64,000 bases of DNA from Nemertoderma westbladi (lineage: Eukaryota; Animalia; Xenacoelomorpha): positions 1-64,000 of the forward strand of contig JAUCBJ010008428.1 in assembly GCA_032718475.1 (NCBI GenBank), in the 5' to 3' direction. The position numbers and the translations under genes were made by a program. Every line of letters begins with the position of its first letter. Position 1 is the first letter of the stretch. Below are positions 57,543-64,000 of the stretch, piece after piece. Under the pieces are notes generated by a model that saw only the letters and a list, made by a program, of their open reading frames with translations, was not told the origin of the DNA and ran no database searches.

Positions 57543-57564
57543 GTCCCCCCCCCCCCCCCCCCCC
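57543..57564 (-). other. Polypurine tract (G20 + AC) priming plus-strand synthesis
   Basis: C20 run at 57545-57564 on +, two bases from the TGTT LTR start and about 170 nt downstream of the last ORF. Confidence 0.8.
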
Positions 57565-57732
57565 AATGACCTTCGTGAGGTCTATCGGTAGATCGAGTTT
57601 GCGTAGGTCATTTCCCATATAAAAAACCCAAATTTTAATATTGCATAGTCTTGATGAATTTTTCCTAGAGTTAGTTTATGTAAATATAAAAATAAATGTT
57701 CGATATAAATGTCTCTGGAATATCCTGGTCCT

Positions 57733-58872
57733 CTATTTCTTACTCTGATACGCCTTTCTCCTCTTCGCCCGTCTACTCTCATCGATCGCCAGTGCTGGTA
57801 GGGGAGCATCAATGTCCATCGCAAGCATCGCTTCAGCTTGTCTCCTGGCGGCTCTTCCCTTTGATGGTAGCGGGATCATATCCGTCCATCTCTCCAACTC
57901 GGTAGTGCGTGCCTCTAGGAACCACTTTCCGTCACCGAATTCTTCCTTATAGGAGTATAAACGCCTAAGGATCTCGAAGGGACCGAATAATCCGGCGCTT
58001 AATAATAGATCCACGTAATGGAATGGTAGCGTCACTGTCGTATGGAGGCATTCTGGGAACGAGAAGTATCCGCACGCCATTTCTTGCGCGATATTTCGAG
58101 CGCTTCTCCGCACTTTGGTCTTTACGTGGTTATTGGCGTAGGTTTCAAACATAACCATATTTCCCATAGCTGTTACGTCCTTCGTAGGACACTTTATGTT
58201 ACAACGGGGGCATGCGGAATGTCCACGGAAGCCGCATTCTGTGCAGATGTTGTAAAGGATAGGACAAGCCAAAACATCGTGGCCCGATGTTGCGCAATAG
58301 GGACAGTAAAGTATCCCGAGGAGCTGGAGGCACAAATCGGTAACCCGATTTCTCCTTCTGTGTGGGCACTGCTCCGAGCCGCAGTTTCCACACACCTCCA
58401 GTTGCATCTCCCAGCCGAAGATTATCGGAACCGGTACGCCGGCGTAATACTCCAGTCGTCGATCGCTTTTGGGGATACTCGCCGTGGCCGGTAACCCGCG
58501 GAAAGCTGGGCTTTGGCGCAGTATGTTCTCACTTCGATAACCTTCTTTATATCCTGCCGGTCGCATCCCGGGCGCCCGTTTCTGGCGGTGGATCCATTCG
58601 GTCTGTTCGGCGTACCATCGGGTAAGTCGCATAGGGTCTTGTGGAAAGGAGGGGGCCGTTGCCACAGCTGGTCGGCGAAGAGGTGCCGGGGCGTTCGCTG
58701 GAGGGAGTCCGAGGAGATCTACGGGAGTCGGCGCAACGCTGGGACCCTTAGCAACCTGTATCGCTGAACGGGTCCGTAGGGTGCTGGTACTCGGGATCTC
58801 CGAAGACCAGTCTTCTCCCCCCGGGAACGGATATGGAGACAACCTCTGACATATGTCGCCGAAGTCATTCAA
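57733..58872 (-). pseudogene. C-terminal segment of extra ORF: Pro/Ala-rich linker plus Cys/His cluster with CCHC zinc knuckle
   Basis: CPYCATSGHDVLAC (CX2CX4HX4C) at 58305-58264, followed by CTECGFRGH and preceded by CGNC...CPH. The ORF has only a TTG start and overlaps the end of the upstream ORF in the +1 frame. Confidence 0.7.
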
Positions 58873-60356
58873 CGCGAAGGTAGTTTACTAACTCCCTAGC
58901 GGGACTACCAGAGCCAAGTGGGGTGGATATGCCTGCTTCCGTCGCAGGTTCGGCCGAGGCAACCCGTTTGGCGGCCGGTTCGTACGCAACTTCCGGATCG
59001 AGTTGTCGCTTTGGGGTGGACAGTAGAACACCTTCCTGTAGCCATAATTCCTCCCCATCCAAAGATATCAGTGGTTCCTCTGCACCGAGGAGATCAGCAA
59101 TCGTAGGGATGTCGAACGGTCCATTCTCGTCCCAGGATGCGATGACGTGGAGCGTTTTCGTCTCTCCCGGTGGAATATTCTCTACCGCTTTGAACGCGTG
59201 GTCGATAACTTGATTCGACTCATAGTCGATAAAGGATCTAGGAACCGCCTTAATGAGATTATCGAGAGTCTTACAGATGAACTTGGCAACTGTGTATGAT
59301 TCCATTACGACGTAGATATAGTTCCGTCGGTCCGGGTTCTCCCATTTGTGGTGGATCGTCCACTTTCTTTCTACGTCCTTCCAACGACTCTCTCGCTCAC
59401 TCTTTATCTCTATTTCCGGGTACCCACCATATATCTTATTATAATCCTGGAATTTCTGAGGTTTAAAGTCTATACCGCCGTTTAGCACCGCGAGGTAGCC
59501 GATACCGGATTTCGTCCGTCTCACCTCCCGGAGTCCACACATGATTTCAGTGGATCGTAACCAGGCTAACAGTGTTTGGGTATCAACGCAATGACTAATG
59601 GCGTTGAGATCTTCTCGACGGTTTCTTCCGAAAGGAGCGTTAGCGTAGTTGTTTCAGACGTCCGCCTTTATATCTGACCCAATTTTAATGACATCGAAAT
59701 CAAATAGGATCTGTTGGATCTCCGGTGGTAATAGCCAGATCGCTCCGGCTGTCTGCACCTCCTGATTGGGTGTCGGGAATATTCGACATATCAACACCAG
59801 ACCATCTAGGGTTCCGAGGACGATGACCAATGATCGACCGTATTCCTTCGTCCCATACTTCTCCTGGTAGTCGTCTCGATTCTGGATAACTGATATACGT
59901 TCCTCTCGCAGCGTCGCTGTACACTCCGCTAGGTTTCCCCAGTGGGTGAGGTACGTACGTACTCTTGTCGTCGACGAAACTTTGGCATCGCGCCAACGTA
60001 ATCGCTTTCGAGGTGGGCGTCGCGTTTCCCTCGTTGTCGTATATCAAACATCGGGATTTGTAGACGCTTTGCCGGAACGCATCCCAGAATGACAACTCCG
60101 CTCCTCCGGTTGCCTTTGCTTTCCGAGTTCTTTTCAGTCTCGTACTAGCATCGGACAACCGGAGCTCTCGTAGATTACGGGAATCCGGTCCCTCTCGCCC
60201 GGAGAATTTAATGATTCGCACATTCTCGGATATCAGGGCATTCCATTCTGTATCAAAGTTAGGAGATCCAGGCTGTGGATATTCCAGTAAATCTAGTGTA
60301 TTACGTAGTTCGCCGAGAATTTGGCGATTTGGGTCCATATTTTCCATTATGTCCAT
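58865..60356 (-). pseudogene. N-terminal segment of extra ORF: DEDD-superfamily (WRN/RNase D/EXD-like) 3'-5' exonuclease domain with one frameshift and one nonsense codon
   Basis: Manual translation. ExoI-like LIYDNEG (D 60038-60036, E 60032-60030). The +1 frame continues VIVLGTLDGLVLI...LPPEIQQILFDFDVIKIGSDIKADV* (ExoII-like; TGA at 59656-59654), then in the same frame CVDTQTL...GIGYLAVLNGGIDFKP...KWENPDRRNYIYVVMESY (ExoIII-like, 59314-59294). Confidence 0.65.
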
Positions 60357-60635
60357 TGCAAATTTAAGTAAGTTAATTATAAATCCAGAAAGTCTGATTC
60401 TATAGTGACTGCAGAATAATTCAGTTTATTTGTAATTCAGTTTATTAATTATTATTGCTATATAGGCATCTACCATCTTATTGCTACTATATTCAGTATT
60501 TACAGTTACTATAGCTATACAATTATATCCAACCAGTTTTTGACTTTTTATGTCCTCTTCTTTTTCCAATTCTTTTCCTTTCTACATTTTATACATTTTT
60601 TTGTCTTTTTTCATTTCTCATTTATTACTCGTTAT

Positions 60636-60770
60636 ATTTCATTATTTCTTTCCACATTTCATCATTTATTTCCACATTTCATCATTTATTTCCACATTTC
60701 ATCATTTATTTCCACATTTCATCATTATTTCCACATTTATTTCACATTTCATTTATTTCAATTTCATCAT
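60636..60770. repeat. 20-bp AT-rich minisatellite TCCACATTTCATCATTTATT, about 4 copies plus degenerate flanks
   Basis: Exact period of 20 at 60651-60726. Confidence 0.95.
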
Positions 60771-60944
60771 TGGGGTCATAGCCCCCTGGCTATCATCATT
60801 TGTTATAAGCGCAGCACCAGGGTGCGCATCATTACATTTTCATCATCATACGCGTCATCATTCAGTTTATAGTAGGGTTGTCTGTTTCTTTTCATCATTT
60901 CCAACTACATTCAATCATCTTCTTTTGGAAATTTTCGTTGTGGA

Positions 60945-61370
60945 AGGGTGTTACGTGGCAATCTGGGATCTACAGCTGGGCTAGTTACACCGCCTATGCC
61001 CCAAAGTGCATATGTAACGGACAATGAAGACGCTGGAAGTGAAGTCACGTGGAATGCACCAGGGACCCACCAGAATAACACTACCAACAACATAAAGCTC
61101 AGCCGACAAAGTCATGTGGGATGGGGTTACGCAACATTCTGGGATCTACAGCTGGACTAGTTACACCACCTACGCCCCAAAATCCACGCAACGGTCCCAC
61201 CAGAATAACGCAACTGAGAAACATAAAACCTCTATCGACGAAGTCATGTGGATGCACCATGGACCCACCAGAATAACGGGATAGAGGGGGTGTTGCGCGG
61301 CAATCCGGGATCTACAGCTGGACTAGTTACACCGCCTACGCCCCGAACTGTGCACGCAACGGACAATACA
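60945..61370. repeat. Three diverged ~170-bp repeats in the pol-ORF3 spacer
   Basis: GGGATCTACAGCTGG(G/A)CTAGTTACACC at 60965, 61141 and 61307. CCCACCAGAATAAC also recurs three times. Confidence 0.9.
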
Positions 61371-61637
61371 ATACAACACAATGGATACAATGAATTCCAC
61401 TTCAAATCTTTACCATTTCCAATAATCCAATGTAGTTGGTCCCGATGACCAAAATCAGGGTAAACAATACATAAACGACCCTGCATCAGTCGAAACATCT
61501 GCAGGGTGACGCTGGACTCCACATAACACACGAGGAAACACAAATACCATTGCGTGGTTACAGTTGGTTTAAGGGGGGTCCATTATTCATTGTCGGTAAA
61601 TCACAGTTAAAGAGTTTGTCAACAGGATGAGAAGGGT

Positions 61638-61835
61638 TTAAACGGGTTTAGCATTGTCACCAATGTCTGCAGCAGGATCCGGAGTAGGGAACTTATCCCC
61701 TCTCGTAGAGTCACCACTGTCATTGCCTTCAAGAAGGCACAGCCTCTGGATAGGGCGTTGGTAGTGGCCCTTTGCCGTTCATATCGTCACAGTTCTCGCA
61801 AGTGCCACTGTTCTCGGCCGGTACACTGCTTTATT
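61638..61835 (-). pseudogene. pol: C-terminal tail of BEL/Pao pol (integrase-distal, DUF5641-like)
   Basis: Manual translation AVY...LARTVTI*TAKGHYQRPIQRLCLLE (RPIQRLCLLE at 61757-61728) matches the typical BEL pol end VR-x-V-x-V-K-T-x-x-G-x-x-x-R-P-I-x-K-L-C-x-L. Internal TGA at 61781-61779, terminal TAA at 61640-61638. Not in the ORF track. Confidence 0.8.
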
Positions 61836-61959
61836 TCCAGGGCTCGGTTCGCTACGAATGTGGTGTGTCGCCATGATGGTGAATGGAGGTCGGTCACCGA
61901 ACAATAACCCACGGAGGTTGCGTTCTCTTTGATCTGGCATTTAGGGAGATATGTATAGG

Positions 61960-64000
61960 TGTCGGTAGTCTCCTCTTTGATGCCGCAGAGTGTCCATCCC
62001 ATGATAGTGCGCTCTGCTTAAAAATCGTCGTCCGGCTTTACGGATCGGGCTACGTTTCCGGTTGGTATATGTAATTCCGGTGTGTCAAGTCCGATTAATA
62101 GGGTAATTCGGTTTACGTCCAACGGTGGGCATCGTAGATCTACATCTTCCCAGTCTAGCTGTATGAGGGGTGCAGATGATTGTTCAGATGATTGTCGGAA
62201 CAGCACTCGGAGATCAGTGTGTACCAGAGCGTTCTTGATCGTCAGTTTGACCATCTCGTAACCCTTCCTATCCCCTTCCATCTTGAGTTGTACCTCCCTG
62301 GACTCCACTTCTCTATGGTCGGTGATAGTTTGTATGGGCCGCTTGCAAGGTTCGTAATCTAGGCCTAGTTGTTCGAGGAAATCCCGGTCGATGATGGTTC
62401 CGTCCGACCCGTTGTCAAGGAACGCGAGTGTTGTTAAGGATTTCCCGACCCCTTGGATTCTTACTCTGATCACTTTGGCGAAGACCATGTAACGGCGGTT
62501 TAGAAGATTGACCGTAGCTGATATACTGGTCACGTGTGATACATCGGTGGCGGTTTTAAATGGATTGGTTTCCCTCCGCTGAATCGTCCGGGTACCCTTA
62601 GAGACGTGATTCGTTTCTCCTTTCCATTTGGATTCAATCCGGAATGGTAGGGTGGTAAAATCGAAGTTCGCAGGGATGTGGAGGAGTGTGTGATGGCGTA
62701 GGTCATTACAGACCGCGCAGCATGATCTTTGGTCGCAATCATGGACGTAGTGACCTGTTCCGAGATACCAGAAGCATCCTCGGTGTTTCATGATTGCCTC
62801 GAAGCGTGGAATGAGTTCAGCAAACTGGAACTTTCTGCAGAATTCCACCTTGTGTTTCTCCCTGCTGAAGAGACATAGAAGGGAGGTTGTGGTGCCTTCC
62901 CTTTCGGGTGCCCAATTCGCTAGATAACACGCCCATTCCTCAGCTGATGTCGGTTCCTCGTAGTCCTCGTCGTCGGAATCCTCGGCCATGGTGATGGCCA
63001 TCGTACTCATCAGAGGGGGACGGAATCTCGGTTTCGGAGTGGGTGCCCTGCTCCTAGAGTTGTTCTCTATTCCGTCTAACTTGGAGAGACTTTGTTTGGA
63101 GAACATCGAGTCATTCATGGCTTCGGAGATATCATCTAGGAATGCCGACATTTCGAGGAAACTGGGATCCCGATCCGGGTGTCTGCATCGGAGATCTACG
63201 CATTTATATGCCCATTTGCTTTGCAGCCATCCGGGGAACTTTCGGGCAATCTGTCGGAGGTTTAAAATGTTGTTTACTTGTTCTTCCTTGTTTAATGGTT
63301 TTTAAGTGTAGTAGGCATCTTTCACAGAGTCCGAGAACTCTTGGATATTCTGTGGGTCCCCTAGGGATCCAGCGTCCTGTATCAGATTTTCGAGCATCTT
63401 ATTAATTATAGTTCCGATGTTTCCGTACCTTTTATCTAGAGTTTTCCATGCGTCGTGGTATGCTTCGTGAGATCCTCCTTCGAAACATTTAATGATTCGA
63501 CGTGGTTTGTCACCCAGGTATTGGGATAAATATACCAGTTTTTGTGCGTCGGTTATATCTGTTGAACCGATCTGAGCGAAGAACCGTTTCTTAAATCCGA
63601 GGTAATTGATGGGGTCTCCCTCGAAGGTGCGGATCTCCATTTTGGGCATAGCCAGGCAGTTTTCCAAGGCTCGGATGATGCCGACGTCGTCTGAACTGGA
63701 ATGACTAGGAGGATTATAATTACTAACACTCTCTCCCATGCACGATGGATCGATGAGAAGTGGAGTTTTAATGATGACGCGGTTACGGATTTTCGATGTG
63801 GATGTGAACGGATTGTTGGATCGAGGGGTGGCGTCCCGTTCCGAGTCCTTTTCAGGCTCGTACTGGGGAACGCTCGGTGCCGTGGGATTGGATGGGAAAT
63901 AAGGTTCCTCATTCTTAAGCGTAACCGGTGGGGGGTGGAATACTGGTGCTTGTGCCGATAACGTGGACCGTATGTTTGGCGGAAACTCAGGTTTCGGGGG
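61960..64000 (-). pseudogene. gag: BEL/Pao gag-protease, one reading frame with two nonsense codons; open at the window edge
   Basis: The frame is open from 64000 through MPKMEIRTFEGDPINYLGFKKRF...QKLVYLSQYL...AWKTLDKRYG (DUF1759-like). In-frame TAA at 63304-63302, then IARKFPGWLQSKW, Cys/His boxes (CLFS and CFWY each appear to have lost a Cys; CAVC..HHTLLH intact), protease AFLDNGSDGT (D 62416-62414), in-frame TAA at 62020-62018, then AERTIMGWTLCG. Confidence 0.92.

Larger units (their letters stand above)
56004..64000 (-). mobile_element. Decayed, internally deleted BEL/Pao LTR retrotransposon (5' part lies beyond the window)
   Basis: Co-oriented DUF1759-like gag, BEL-type Cys/His boxes ending HHTLLH, protease LDNGS, post-protease T-x-M-G-W-x-L-x-G motif, integrase-tail RPIQRLCLLE, polypurine tract and TGTT LTR start. 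Confidence 0.92.

Noticed and set aside
57122-57905. Short ORFs around the PPT and LTR start (108, 95, 80, 69 aa)
   Set aside because: They cross the G20 tract, LTR or ORF3 end, have no domain signal, and the poly-Gly is just the homopolymer.
58042-59213. Plus-strand ORFs (150, 87, 84, 62, 96 aa)
   Set aside because: Antisense shadows of the minus-strand ORF3 with no recognisable motifs.
59318-59327. ATAGTTCCGT satellite-core match inside ORF3 (and ATAGTTCCG at about 63408)
   Set aside because: Matches of 9-10 bp are expected by chance in 8 kb and do not extend.
57733-60356. ORF3 as an envelope gene or as a second gag
   Set aside because: No signal peptide, transmembrane segment or capsid-like motifs are evident. 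The exonuclease-like motif order fits better.
60540-60984. Phe/His/Ile-rich plus-strand ORFs suggesting membrane proteins
   Set aside because: Translations of the AT-rich 20-bp minisatellite and T-rich spacer.
62530-63961. Alternative-frame and antisense ORFs overlapping gag-protease
   Set aside because: Shadows of the single gag-pro frame, which carries all the recognisable motifs.

Overview
Eukaryotic, most likely animal DNA, since BEL/Pao elements are essentially metazoan. Bases 1-56003 are one uninterrupted, single-polarity satellite array of two related monomers: A = ACTCCTCCCCAATAGTTCCGT (21 bp) and B = AGGCTACTGATCCCCAATAGTTCCGT (26 bp). They are interspersed as B(A)n with n = 0 to about 12 and organised into nested higher-order duplications of 0.4-9.8 kb. 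All ORFs called in the array are artefacts. From 56004 to the window end lies a decayed, internally deleted BEL/Pao LTR retrotransposon on the minus strand. It has gag (DUF1759-like region, three Cys/His boxes) and protease, no RT, RNase H or integrase core, the integrase C-terminal tail, a repeat-rich spacer, a G20 polypurine tract and a 3' LTR starting TGTT at 57542. The LTR region runs into the satellite without a canonical CA end at the junction. The most interesting hidden feature is a roughly 870-codon extra ORF in the env position, split by lesions in the ORF track. Reconstructed across a 4-bp duplication and a nonsense codon, it shows DEDD-type 3'-5' exonuclease motifs followed by CCHC zinc knuckles. 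The array's polarity and junction also raise an untested hypothesis that it is a non-canonical chromosome-end repeat. All analysis was by eye; no searches were run.
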